A stretch of 64,000 bases of DNA from the human T2T-CHM13v2.0 reference genome, Homo sapiens: NCBI RefSeq assembly GCF_009914755.1, contig NC_060938.1. One strand, given 5' to 3'. Both the position numbers and the translations under genes were made by a program. Under the pieces are notes generated by a model. It was not told the DNA's origin and did not search any database. It worked only from the letters and a program-made list of their open reading frames with translations. Within the stretch, counting starts at the first letter, position 1, and every line of letters begins with the position of its first letter. Positions 51,301 through 64,000 of the stretch are shown here, piece by piece.

Positions 51301-52133
51301 GTATAGTTATGTTTTATGATGGAGAAAGAGGACTGATAGTTCAAAAGTGTAGCCTCTGCTAGAAAACTTCCAGTAACAATGAGTTCACAGAAAGGTGATT
51401 ACATTGTTACTCAGTTATAATTGTTTAAGGTTTTCCCTTTACATTAAATGGGTATCTGTTCATTTCAACCTTGACACATGTGGATTTCATAGGACAAACT
51501 CCAGATCCCTAAATTAGAATTTCTGAGGGACAGGGCCTGAACTTGTAGAGTTAAAAGCCCCAGTTTTAACTGTGACAAGCCAAGACTGCCCACCACCGGA
51601 CTATGGACCAAGAATGACCTGGAGTTGGGGCAGAACTCTCCAGGGCTGACACTAATGTGACCAAGTTCTGTGGATAGCAGGGACAGAAACATAACCTGAT
51701 TCAAACTGTACGCTTAAATAGAAGTTTGGCTAAAGTGGGAAATGTCCCACTTAGGAAAGTTTATTAGGAAAATCTCCAAATAGCTTAGACCTTCTGGATT
51801 TGTCTGACTTCTCCAAATGACCACACTTTAATTTATTCCTCCAATTGTCACCCCCAGGTATCTCCTAAGTGACTTGAGATGAAACAGGGAGAATGGCCAC
51901 AGAAAGGTTGGCTGAAGGATTAGAGAGATTGTACACCTTCAGACTCAGGGGCTGTCAAACAGTGACAAACAGTGAAGAGTGAGTGAGGAGACTTCCCTCG
52001 TGTACCTCCACACACACCTTAATTGGTATCTGCAAGTACTTGTACTAAAATGGGCACATTTTAAAGCAGAAAGAAACTTTAACCACTATTTAGTTTGTGG
52101 GTACATAAGACATTCAGCTTACAGGTCAAGAAA

Positions 52134-52184
52134 GTGTTTTGCCCTATAATGTGTTTTGTCCTATAATGTGTTTTGTACAATAAG
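52134..52184. repeat. 17-bp tandem repeat x3 (GTGTTTTGYCCTATAAT)
   Basis: Units at 52134, 52151 and 52168 (third degenerate). Confidence 0.85.
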
Positions 52185-53010
52185 TTATTTAAAGCATAAA
52201 ATGTAAGCAATACAATTATAAGGAAAATATACTGACTTCTATTACTACATTCTTTTTCCATGCTCTTCATCTTGGAATGTATTTACACATTGCCATTTTA
52301 TATAAAATTATGTTATTTCCCTAGGAGATTGAGAGCTCCTTGAGGGAAGGGATCAGTCCTGATGCAAACTTACACAGCATTCTGAGTATTTGGAAGGTAC
52401 TCATCAAACACTTGATGAAATATTAAATATCGTGGAACTTGTACTTTATGTTGCTAAACCTAGATCCAAGATAGGGCTGGCCTGTTTAGAAGTTACCACC
52501 CCAGCACCTTTTGCCACACTATGACAAAACAACCCTGGGAAGCCCCCAAAAGTTTCTCTGGCTGCTTACCAAGTTTCTCTTTCTGCTTACCAAGGTAACT
52601 TTCCACTCCCATTACCTAAGTGACAGGTTATGTGGGTCTCTAGAGACAAGGCTCATGGGATTTAGTTTCTCTTTGCCTTTTCCTTGCAGTGCAACATGTA
52701 CAACATTGGCTGAAAAAATACTTTTTATAGAGGGTGAGTTAAATTGCAGATAGGTGGTGTCTCTATTTACTCAATTGACCAGGTATAGATCTGGGGCAGT
52801 AAGCAGTCTCTTGATGGCTACTGTTGGCAGGATCCTTCTCAGAGCAATCCTTCGAACGCAAACCTGTCTTAATCATTTATTTTGCTTCTGCCATTTTGTT
52901 TTGAGATCCCTGATTTCTGGAGGAAGAAAGTTACTTCTGCCCAAGACCTGAGTTTCTCTCCTTATAGCCCCTGGAACCCAGCATGAACCAATCAATCCCT
53001 TAAGTGTCAT

Positions 53011-53507
53011 TGTGGTACAAGGCCAAAAATCAAGGCACTCGATATTGTGTGCTACCTTGACATCTTGTAAAATCTGGAGGTACTTGAATGGCCTAACTGC
53101 AAGTTCCCCTCCTCACTCTGCTCTTGTAGATGAGGTCTCCTATCTAAACAGTCTTCGTTAAAGTGGCCAAGAACCATTCCTGCTTATCCCTGAGTAGTGG
53201 GGTTCAGTCCACAGTATTCAAAAAAGCAAATCACGTCCTCCTGTGGGAATCGGGAGGCACCATATCCTCTTGATCTTAGAAAGCTTGCCTCCAACAGCCC
53301 CTCTCTGTTCACTCTGCTCCCAAGTGCAACCCCCATATGCGGCCCTGCATGGCATCCAGTGTCCTCCCGGGCTGTAAGCATATGTGACTAACATACTGCT
53401 GCTGATCTCATCAGGCTGGTGTTGGGGGTTGGGTGTTTCGCATTCCCGTGATCCTAGAGCAAAAAACCCTCCCTCGTCAATGAGGTGAGGAGGAGGCGAT
53501 TAAAACA
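53011..53507 (+). mobile_element. Solo LTR (ERVL-type, LTR47-like; subfamily uncertain)
   Basis: TG...CA termini, ~500 bp, degenerate 5-bp TSD GTCAT/GCTAT. Confidence 0.6.
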
Positions 53508-54065
53508 GCTATGGCCGCACTGTTCCTAAAGTGAATCCTGCGAGTATTAGTTCTTGTGCCCCTTCTTTAGCACCCCTAAGCTGCACCTATTCCCTGCAAA
53601 TTTTTCACTGCTTCTGCTGCCCTTCTGGAGTGCTAGGTGCTGCATGTCCCACACTTTCCCACCTCCAGTTCTTCACACTTAGCAAGAGACCACCACCTCT
53701 TACTCTACCAACACCGACAGTGAGGGGAAGCTTCAGAAACAACTTCTTCAATGTCAGTAAAAAGAAATGATCACTTTCCTTCTCTAGCAACATTAATGTT
53801 CTCCAAGTCCTCTTTAATATTTTACTACATTTACCCTGCCACTCTGAGGGTTATCCACACATATTCTGAGAGTAAAGAGAGTTTTTGCTGTGGTGACTCA
53901 ACTGTCTGTCAAAAGGATAGTCAGCTAGTAGTAGCCCTTTACAAAAAAAAAAAAAAAACCCCACTACTCTGAGAGGCCACTTACTTTTTTCACTTTCTTG
54001 CAATGCTTAAGCTGACTAAAATGTGCTCATGGTAGAGTACATTATCAACTGATTGATCTACTTCT

Positions 54066-54384
<319 letters not shown>

Positions 54385-55014
54385 TGATCAATCTACTTCT
54401 AATGTTCGGTTTCTGCAGTAGGCCTTGACATGCCCTCAGGAGCCATGAAGGGAAAAGAACATCATTCCTGTGTTGCATCAACTGAATTGTGGTGGCTTCC
54501 TCCTATATTTTAGGATGTAGATCTTCCTTCTGCAGCTTTATGACCATTTAATCAGTTCACCTGAAGATTAGAAAATTAGATTTATTTAGATTAGTCAGAA
54601 AATCTAGGTGTTTATTTATCTAACTTCAGACTAGAGAAGGCCTAAGTTTAAAAGCAAACTAAGAAAACATAAAGTTTACCTATTTTGTAATAGGTAAACT
54701 TCTGCAGGCCAAAATTAAAAATCCCTACGTGAAGTCAAAGGTCAAATTGGGGAAAAGATGAAACATATGTATCGGTCAAAGTGTTTCTAGCCTTACTGTT
54801 AAAAGAGCTCTTACCAAAAAGATAAAGATAAATTCCCCAATAGAAAGCTCACTATTCCAATAGAAAAGTCATTCTAATATATGATTAGGTAATTTACAAA
54901 AGAATCACAAATTGCCAATAGGCCTATGCAAAATGTTCATCCTTTCTAGCAAACAAATGCATGCAAATTAAAGTAAGAGTAAGGCACTATTTTTGCCTAT
55001 CAAACCAACAGTGA

Positions 55015-55510
55015 GTGGGCTTTCCTATCTTGTGAGTCTTGGTGGTAAGATAGACAGGGCTCATGTCCCTGGAGGGACAAACACCAGATACTTTCATTCC
55101 CACCTCCTGGGCCTGGGCACTCAGATGTGACAATCTAAGATTGTGTGTCTTTTGCTAGTCATGCCGAGAAACTGGAAGACAACAGAACTCTTTCTGGCTG
55201 CAGCAGCAACATCCAGTTTCCAGGAGCTGCCAGGGCAGAGCTGCCAGCGTGGTGTATGGTGTCCAGTGTCCAATAACCAGGCCCAGTGCCAGCAGTGGCA
55301 GGCTCTCATTAGGCCTCAGTGGCAATGGCAGAGGAGTCCTCGCTGAACTGGATCTGCAGCAAAGACTTGGCTGGGGCTCTGGCTGCACGGGCTTCCTGCA
55401 TTCCTGCCCATTTTCTAAGTCTGAGGCTCTAGCTTTCCTGACAAACCTGTGGGCTGCCCAATACTTTGAATAAATAAATTCTTGTGGTGGTGTCTGTTGC
55501 TTGATTGATA
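55015..55510 (+). mobile_element. LTR33A/B-like ERVL LTR
   Basis: TTTCTGGCTGCAGCAGCAACATCCAGTTTCCAGG; AATAAATTC...TCTGTTGCTTG end. Confidence 0.6.
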
Positions 55511-55597
55511 AAGCAATATAAAGAGAAAGCTCTCCAACCTAGTAATTTTACTTCTTGGGACATACCCTACGTAAATCATTAGAAATGTGCACATTTA

Positions 55598-55708
55598 TTT
55601 TTATTTTTATTTCAGAAGATTTAGAAGTACAAGTGGTTTTTGGTTACATGGATGAATTGTATCGTGGTGAAGTCTGGGCTTTTAGTGTACCCGTTCCCTG
55701 AATAGTGT
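55598..55708 (-). mobile_element. Extremely 5'-truncated L1PB (~110 bp)
   Basis: GGTTACATGGATGAATTGTATCGTGGTGAAGTCTGGG; 16-bp TSD GAAATGTGCACATTTA at 55582-55597 and 55709-55724. Confidence 0.92.
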
Positions 55709-56479
55709 GAAATGTGCACATTTAAATAAAAGGATATTTTTCAAAGCCCTGTTGAGAGTACCAAGAACAAGGAAAAAATCTGAATGTCCTATAAGAAATT
55801 GATTAAATGGATTATAATATGGAATATTATATAGCAATTAAAATCTTGCTCTTAAAGGATACTAAAAGACATGTTAAAATACTCATATGATATAAAATTA
55901 AAAAGGAAAATGTTCAACAATCATCTAATTTTTCATAAATAACCAAAATGCTAATGGTTGCTTTCTCTTGAATATGGTAAGTTTTACTTTCTTTATACTT
56001 ATTTTGTATCTCCTAATCCTCCATAATGAGCATATATTTTTACCTTTATCAAAAAAGTAAACAAAAGCTATATTAGAAAAAATAGATTTATCTGAAACTG
56101 TCAAGTGGACTAATTGGTTTTTTGTTTAGTTGCATGTTTGCTTTTCGCAGTTCGGTAATAGATCTTCAACTGGCAAAGGAAAGGGAAGATTTGCTGTACC
56201 TTTTTCACAACAACCCAAAGAAGTGTCTCAATAAAACAACGGTTTTAACTTAGGAAACTGAATTTTTAAAAAATTAAAAGGTAACCCAAAAGTCATGTGT
56301 CCACCCAGGGCAGGATTTTTGAACTGGGGGAAAGATCAGAAGATAGGTGTGTGGACTGACGAGAGGAGGGTGGAGGGACACAAACTCCTAAAAACCTGGG
56401 AAGCACAAATATATTGTCATTCTCCACTGTGTATATTAATTGTCTTTGCTTTATGCTGATGTTGCTCTTAATAATATTC

Positions 56480-56660
56480 CTTACGGTGCCAGGGCACTTT
56501 GTGGTTTATGAAGTACTTGTACTTGCTCATATATTATTATTAGGCTCATTTTACTGGAGAGAAAATTAAGCCCTAGAGAACCTAAATGATTTGTTGAATG
56601 TCTAATGTTTATTATGTGGATGAACTGGGCCTAGAAACCAGGTCTTCTGTTCTTTTGACT
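56480..56660 (-). mobile_element. MIR SINE
   Basis: CATTTTACTGGAGAGAAAATTAAGCCCTAGAGA...CTAGAAACCAGGTCTTCTG. Confidence 0.7.
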
Positions 56661-56669
56661 ATTCCTGGA

Positions 56670-56860
56670 GGTGGCAGAGCAAAGTGGTTGAAAGCTTGGG
56701 CTTTGGAGCCAGACAAACCTGGGTGTGCACTCAGCTCTACCACTTCTTAATTGTGCGAACTTGGAGAAATCGCTTAGCCCCTCTCAACTTCCATTTCCTC
56801 ATCTGTCAGGTGGGGATAAAAACACCTACCTTGGACAGTCCCTACAAGAATAAAAGATAA
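56670..56860 (+). mobile_element. MIR SINE
   Basis: GGGCTTTGGAGCCAGACAAACCTGGGT...TTTCCTCATCTGTCAGGTGGGGATAA. Confidence 0.88.
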
Positions 56861-56934
56861 CTGCTATTATTATTACCCTGCCCATGCCCTTGACAAGCCT
56901 TGCTTTTAGTCTCCAGGTCAAATTGGATCCACAT

Positions 56935-57139
56935 TGTAGGTTAAATTGTGCCCCCCAAAATTTATTTGTTAAAGCCCTAATTCCCACCTCAGAATGTGAC
57001 CTTATTTGGAAATAAGGTCTTTGCAAATGTAATTAGTTAGGTTAAAATGAGGCCTCCAGAACTGTGACACACAAATTTTTGTTGTTTATGTCACCTAGTT
57101 TGCAGTACTTTGTTATAGCTGCTCCAGGAAGCTAATACA
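56935..57139 (+). mobile_element. MLT1A/B LTR with internal deletion
   Basis: Both termini present (TGTAGGTTAAATTGTGCCCCCC; GCTAATACA) but only ~205 bp, joined at GAGGCC|TCCAGAACTGTGA. Confidence 0.8.
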
Positions 57140-57632
57140 ATCCCCTACTCAGTGTGGCACTGGTGATGTCAGTGCCTACTCACAGTTCCACGGAAGTTTT
57201 ACCATTGCAATCAGCTGCCCTCTATGACCCTTTCTTTCATCCAACTTTATTGAGCAGAGAAAGGTCCTCAAAATGGAAATTCATGAGCGCTGGAGAAGTC
57301 CAAATCCTAGATTTAAAAAAAATCAATCTGATTATAAAGATCTAATTAAAATTATACCTTAATCAGAAATGAGCTAAAAGTTGCCATTTGTGCTTTAATG
57401 GTCCATCTTTTCAGAGTGGGCTCTCCCTTCAATCGGTGCTTACTCTGGAGCAATAATTCTCAACGTAGAATATCTAGGAATGAAGCTCAGGAAAATGTAT
57501 TTTTGGAAAGCTTTTCAAGTGATTTTCATGATCAGCTGGTTTTCTAGAATAAAAATAACATTATTTAATTACATTTGAAAATATCACCTGATTGCAATAA
57601 ACAGCAAACCAAGACCCTAGAGAAGTAAAGTA

Positions 57633-58099
57633 TATGGATTCGTTTCCTATTGCTGCTGTCACAAATTACCACAAATTTAGTGGCTTAAAACAACAAAAAT
57701 TTATTATCTTACAGTTCCAGAGGACGGAAGCAGTAATATCTGTCTGCAGCACCCTGTTCCTTTGAGGCTTTAAGGAGGAATCGACTTCTTTGCTTTTTCC
57801 AGCTGCTAGAGGACTCCTGCACTCCTTGGCTTCTGACCTACCCCACAACCCCTAAATTTCTCTGACCTCTGCTTCCATCATTATGCCTCCTTCTCTGACT
57901 CTGATCCTCCTGCCTTCCTCTTATAAGGACACTTGTGATTATATTGGGCCCACTCAGACAATCCATTATAATCTTCGTGTCTCAATATCCTTAACTTAAT
58001 GACATGTACAAAGTTCCTTTTGCCATATAAGGTAACATATTTACTGGATCCAGGGATTAGAATGCGAACATTTGAGCAGGATCATTATTCTGTTTACCA
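57633..58099 (-). mobile_element. MLT1C/D solo LTR
   Basis: TTTCCTATTGCTGCTGTCACAAATTACCACAAATTTAGTGGCTTAAAACAAC. Confidence 0.88.
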
Positions 58100-58534
58100 T
58101 GGTACAAGAAAGTTGCTTTTTAAATTTTTTATTTTTTTTCTGAGTTAAAGAAGGATTATTGTTGTTTTGAGGTTTACATCCTTTTTGCAATTCTGGACTC
58201 TTGGACCTTTGGTCATTTATAGGCCCATCCTCTCTACTTTTCTAATTTTCAGTTAAGAACTAGCATTTTTAAAGTAATGATTTTAGAATAAACTTACTAG
58301 TATTTGGATGTCTTTGGAAAAAAAGAGAGCAGAATCTTTTAGTCCATTTTTGTTTTCAGAATTACAGAACCTGAGTTTCGAATGCTGCAGGAATTTTCTA
58401 ACTATTTCAAAGGATGCTGTTAAATTTTCTAAAATATATTATGATGAAACTTATTTTTACCTATATATTTTGGGGGTAGGAAGAACTGTGTTGCAAAAAA
58501 ATTTTCAAGCATCAGTATATTATAATATTGCCAA

Positions 58535-59066
58535 GCAAACATGTCTTACATCACAGTTTCTATGGGTCAGGAATCTGGGTGTGGATTAGCTTGCTCCTCT
58601 GCCTCCAGAGCTCTCATGAAACTACAGTCAAGGTGTTGGCCATGGCTTGCAGTCATCTCAAAGCTCGACTGGGGATGGGTCCATTTCCAAGCTCATTCAG
58701 GTGGTTGTTGGCAGGCTTCCGTTTCTCCCATGTTGTTGCACCAAGGGCCTCAGTTCCTCATTGGCTGTTAGCCAGAAGCAACCCTTAGTTCTTGCCAAAT
58801 GGACCTCTCCATAGGACAGTTCACACCATGCTGGCTTGTTTCATCAGTGCAAACAAGCTAGAGGGTAGAGAGTTTCAGCAACACAGAAACCACAATCTTT
58901 TGTAACCTAATCTTGGAAGTAATGTACCATCAAGTTCACAATATTCTATCTGTTAGAAAAGAGTCACTAGGTCCAGCACACACTCAGTGGGGAGGGGAAT
59001 TACACAAAGATGTGAATACCAGGAGATGAGGATGGTTGTGGCCATCTTAGAAGGCTGTCTACTACA
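58535..59066 (-). mobile_element. MLT1E/F LTR
   Basis: CACAGTTTCTATGGGTCAGGAATCTGGG...GGCCATCTTAGAAGGCTGTCTACTACA. Confidence 0.85.
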
Positions 59067-59854
59067 GGTGCTAAATAGAAAGACAAGAGTCTACTCCAGA
59101 CGACCTCTTGGGCCCCTCCTATTCTATTACTTCATGACACTTTCCCCTCTTTTTCCTAAATTCTATCTGTCCATAACACTGGGGTTGTCATTATTGCTGC
59201 AGGAATGGACGCAGCTAGCTTTCTGATCCTGTCATTTCTAATAAGTTTTTAGATGCTGATATACTCTGCAATGAATTCCTACTGTGTGCAAAATGTTATG
59301 CCTCTATGACTGCTGCCTTCCAGTCCAAACTCCACATTTCCATCAGTGTAATCTTTCTAAAATGCTTATCTAATCCTATCATTTCCTGGCTTACTCTTGA
59401 AATAACCTACTGACGGTCTTCACTAAAACCTTGATATGGCAAGCAAGAATCTCGGTTACTAAGACCCACCTATCTCCCATAATTTTTTTATTACTTTACC
59501 TCCCATTCCTACATAAAATAACAAGGGATTATTGAGTTATTTGAAGTTGCTCCGGGACTTCATAAGTTCTTTCCCAATCCTTTGTACAATATGCTGTTTC
59601 TGCTTGAAATCTATCCCCGGACACAACCACCAACTTTGTCCTCCCTGTTAACTTTGATTCAATTCATAGTCATATATGCATATTTATATCATAGGACTTT
59701 ATATAATGATTGTATGCTTTGTGACTGTTTGCCTTATTCTGATCTCAGAGGAGTCTGTATGTTTATTTCACAATGCTCTTTTAGCACTTGGCTCTTTCTC
59801 ATCTTATCACACCACATTGTAATTGCTCATGTATTCATCAGTTTCTCCTCTACA

Positions 59855-60130
59855 GAAGAGTTCTTCAAACTGTGGGTTGTGACTTGTTAGTGAGTTGTAA
59901 AATCAAACTGTAAATTATAACCAAAAGTTTTAAAAACAGTGAAATAATATAAAACAGCAGTGTATATACCATGTAGTAAGGGTGTCTATGTAGTTTCATT
60001 TTCAACTTTGTATGTTTATAAGCCTATAAATATACAAATATTATGTATGTGTAAAGTGAAGCAATTCCCACACCACCACCAAACATATTTGTTTGGGCTA
60101 GGTTATAGTAAAAAAAGTTTGAAAAACGCT
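59855..60130. mobile_element. hAT MITE (Charlie18a-like) inside an L2 3' region
   Basis: TTCTTCAAACTGTGGGTTGTGAC...AAAAAAGTTTGAAAAACGCT; similar to 46732-46970. Confidence 0.6.
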
Positions 60131-60425
60131 TTATTAAATTGTAAACTCTGTTGGGCTATAACCATATCTGTCTTGTTCTTGACTGTTTTCTGGCCTTGGC
60201 ATATGGTAGGAATTCAATAAATATTTGTGACCAAATGACTGAACAAACAAATGAATAAAAACCTTATGATTCTGGTCCTTTAATCTATTAACATGGTGTC
60301 ATACATTGATTGGTTTTAAGATGTTAAAACAAACTTGCATTCCTGTGATAAATTCCAAATAATTACAGCTATAATGATTATGACTCTAACCATTTTTGCA
60401 TGCTGCTGGATTTGGCTTGTTAGCA

Positions 60426-61602
60426 CAGTCATGTGTCACTCAGCAACAGGGATATGTTCTGAGAAATGCATCATTCAGCGATTTCCTAGTTGTGTGAACA
60501 TCATAGAGTGTACATACACAAACCTAGATGGCATAGCCTAGTGCACACCTAGGGTATATGAAGTAGTCCATTGTTCATAGGCTTCAAACCTGTACATGTT
60601 ACTGTACTGAATACTGTAGGCAGCTGTAACACAATTGTAAGTATCTATACATATATATACATAGAAAAGGTATAGCAAAAATACAGTAAGAGATAAAAAA
60701 GTGTACACCTGTATAGGGCACTTGTCATGAATGGAGTTTGCAGGACTGGAAGTTGTTCTAGGTGAGTCAGTGAGTGAGTGGTGAGTGAATGTGAAGGCCT
60801 AGGACATTACTATACAGTACTGTAGACTACAAACACTGTACACTTAGGCTATACTAAATTTATTTAAAGATATTTCTTTCTTTAATAATAAATTAACCTT
60901 AGCTTACTGTAACATTTTTACATTATAAAATTATTTTTTACTTTTGACCATTTTGTAATAATGCTTAGCTTAAAACACAAACACATCCTACAAACAAAAA
61001 TGTTTTCTCTTTATATCCTTTTTCTATAAGCTTTTTCCTATTTTTAAATACTTTTAGTTTTTACTTTTACACTTTTTTTTTTGTTAAAAACTAAGACACA
61101 AACACACACGTTAGCCTGGGCCTACACAGGATCATCAATATCACTGTCTTCTGCCTCCACCTCTTGTCCCACTGGAAGGTCTTCAGGGGCAATAACATGC
61201 ACGGAGCTGTCATCTCCTATGATAACAATGCCTTCTTCTGAAATACTTCCTGAAGGACCTGCCTGAGGCCGTTTCATAGCTAACTTTGTCGTTTTTGTTT
61301 TTTATGAGTAGAAGGAGAGCACTCTAAAATAATGATACAACATATAGTATAGTAAATACATAAACCAGTAACAATTATTGTCATTATCAATTATTATGTA
61401 CTGTACGTGTGGTATACTTTTATATGACTGGCTCTATATAGGTTTGTTTACACCAGCATCACCACAAACATGTGAGTAATACATTGTACTACAACATTAT
61501 GATGGCTACATGGTCACTAGGCAATAACAATTTTTCAGCTAAGACCACGATCCTATATGCAGTCCACTGTTGATAGAAACATTGTTAGGCAGCACATGGC
61601 TG
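60426..61602 (+). mobile_element. Tigger3b (Golem) DNA transposon, ~1.2 kb
   Basis: TIRs CAGTCATGTG... and ...CACATGGCTG; internal AAACCTAGATGGCATAGCCTA. Confidence 0.9.
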
Positions 61603-62474
61603 TGTTTTTTAGGGTTTTTCATCTCCATTCATAAGGAATATATATTTGTAATTTTCTTTCCTTGTGATATATTTGCCTGTTTTTGGTATCACAGTGATAC
61701 TGGCTTATGGAATGACTTGGAAAGTGTTCCAAATGTTCTAGTTTTTGGAAGAGTTTGTGAATGACTGGTGTTAATTCTTCTTTAAATATTTGGTAGAAGT
61801 CAACCATGAAGCCATTTGTTCCTAGGCTTTTCTTTATAGGATGTTTTTTGGTTGCCAAATCAATATTTTTACTTGATCTAGATCTATTCAGATTTTATAT
61901 TTCTCCTTAGATAAGTTTCCATAGTTTATGCTTTTCTAGAAATTGGCCCATTTCATCTAAACTATTGAATTTGTTGGCATACAAATGTTCATAGTATTCC
62001 TTTATAATCCTCTTTATTTCTGTAAAATTGCTAGTAATATCCTCTATTTCATTTCAGATTTTAGTAATTTGAGTCTTCTCTCTTTTTTTTGCCAGTCATG
62101 CTAAAGGTTTTCAATTTTGTTGATCTCTTTGATGAGCCATTTTTAGGTTTTTTAAAAAAATTTTCTCCTTTGTTCTTCTATTCCCTAGTCACTTATTTCC
62201 ATTCTAGTCTTTATTATTTCCTTCCTTCTGCTTATTTGTGGCTTCATTTACTCTTCTCATTTTAGAGTCTTAAGAGGAAAAGGAGGTTATTGATTTGAGA
62301 TTTTTCTTAATTTTTAATATAGACTTCAAGCTACAAATTTCTAAGCACTGCTTGAGCTGTATCCCATAAACTTTAGCATGTTGTATTTTTGTTTTCAATA
62401 ATCTCAAAGTATTTTATAATTTCTCTTGTGATTTATTATTTGAACCATTGACTAAGAAAGAGTATGTTGTTTGA

Positions 62475-62970
<496 letters not shown>

Positions 62971-63796
62971 CTATTTTGCTGTTGTTTGGTAGAGTGTTCT
63001 ATAAATATATGTTGAGTCTACTTAGTTTATCTTCTTGTTCAAGTCTTCTAGGTTTAATTTATAGTGTTATTTATGTTTATTTGAATGATCTTCTGTCTAG
63101 TTGTTTTATGCATTGTTGGAAGTGGGGTATTGAAGTCCCCAAATATTACTGTTGAACTGTTAATTTTTCCCTTGCATTCTGTCTGTTTTTCCTTCATATA
63201 TTTTATGGATTTGTTGTTAAGTGCAAATATGTTTGTAACTGTTATATCCTATTGATGAATTGACTCTTTTATCATTATAAAATGTTCCTCTTTGTCTCTA
63301 GTAACAATCTTTGTCCTAAAGTCTATTTTCTCTGATATTAATATACCCTCCCCAAGTCTAATTTCCTTACTGATTGAACAGTATACATTTTTCCATCTAT
63401 TTACCTTCAACATTTTTCGTGTTTTTGAATCTTAGGTGTCTCTCTTGTTAACAGAATACAATCTGATTCTGTTGGTTTTTTACCCATGCTACTAATCTCT
63501 GCCTTATTTAATGTAATTACTGAAAAGATAGGATTTATGCCAACCATTTTGCTATTTGGTTCCTGCATGTCTTACGTCTCTTTTATTTCTCTATTCCTTC
63601 ATCATTGCCTTCTTTAATATTAAAGAGATACTTTCTAGTATACTATTTTAATTCCTTTGTCATATCCTTTACTACATATGTTATTTGAGTTATTTTCTTA
63701 GTGATTGTCTCAGAAGTTACAATTGACATCTTAATTATAACATCTAATTCAGATTAATAGCATCTCACTTTTAATTGTATAGAAAAACTTTGCTTC

Positions 63797-64000
63797 ACTG
63801 CAACAAAAGCCAAAATCGACAAATGGGATCTAATTAAACTGAAGAGCTTTTGCACAATAAAAGAAACTATCATCAGAGTGAACAGGCAACCTACAGAATG
63901 GGAAAAAAATTTTGCAATCTACCCATCTGGCAAAGGTCTAATATCCAGAATCTACAAGGAATGTAAACAAATTTACAAGAAAAAGAACAAACAACCCCAT
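63797..64000 (+). mobile_element. 5'-truncated L1PA (L1PA7/8-like) running off the window
   Basis: GCAACAAAAGCCAAAATCGACAAATGGGATCTAATTAAACT. Confidence 0.88.

Larger units (their letters stand above)
54600..56070 (+). mobile_element. Degraded L1ME, interrupted by an LTR33-like LTR and a short L1PB
   Basis: ATGCAAATTAAAGTAAGAGTAAGGCACTATTTTTGCCTATCA and 3'UTR-like motifs. Confidence 0.55.

Noticed and set aside
52134-52594. Short direct repeats (17 bp x3; 21 bp x2 at 52550-52591) as CRISPR-like
   Set aside because: They are head-to-tail with no spacers, so they are ordinary slippage duplications, like the 13-bp one at 21565-21590.

Overview
Primate (almost certainly human) repeat-rich, CpG-poor genomic DNA. 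I find no intact protein-coding gene, CpG island, tRNA, rRNA or CRISPR array. The only clearly gene-derived sequence is a 5'-truncated, intronless, frameshifted processed pseudogene of proteasome subunit alpha-3 (PSMA3) at ~11620-12450 (+). The rest is a layered fossil record of transposons. It includes about 16 Alu/FAM copies, many with readable target-site duplications (TSDs), and solo LTRs (LTR2, LTR9, THE1B, several MLT1, LTR33-like). There is also an L1MA element that keeps both ends but has lost most of ORF2 at an Alu-L1 deletion junction, a 5'-inverted L1PB, long L2 fossils, MIRs, and hAT/Tigger DNA transposons. Near the left end are strong splice signals: a + strand acceptor at 989 opening an 18-codon frame, and overlapping - strand donors and an acceptor. 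From memory, and unverified, this fits 14q23.1 just beyond PCNX4/DHRS7 towards PPM1A. A good CTCF motif lies at ~16813-16831. I cannot support a previously undescribed biological system here. The findings are local evolutionary and regulatory hypotheses. Repeat subfamilies were assigned by eye against remembered consensus sequences, and boundaries without a TSD are approximate.
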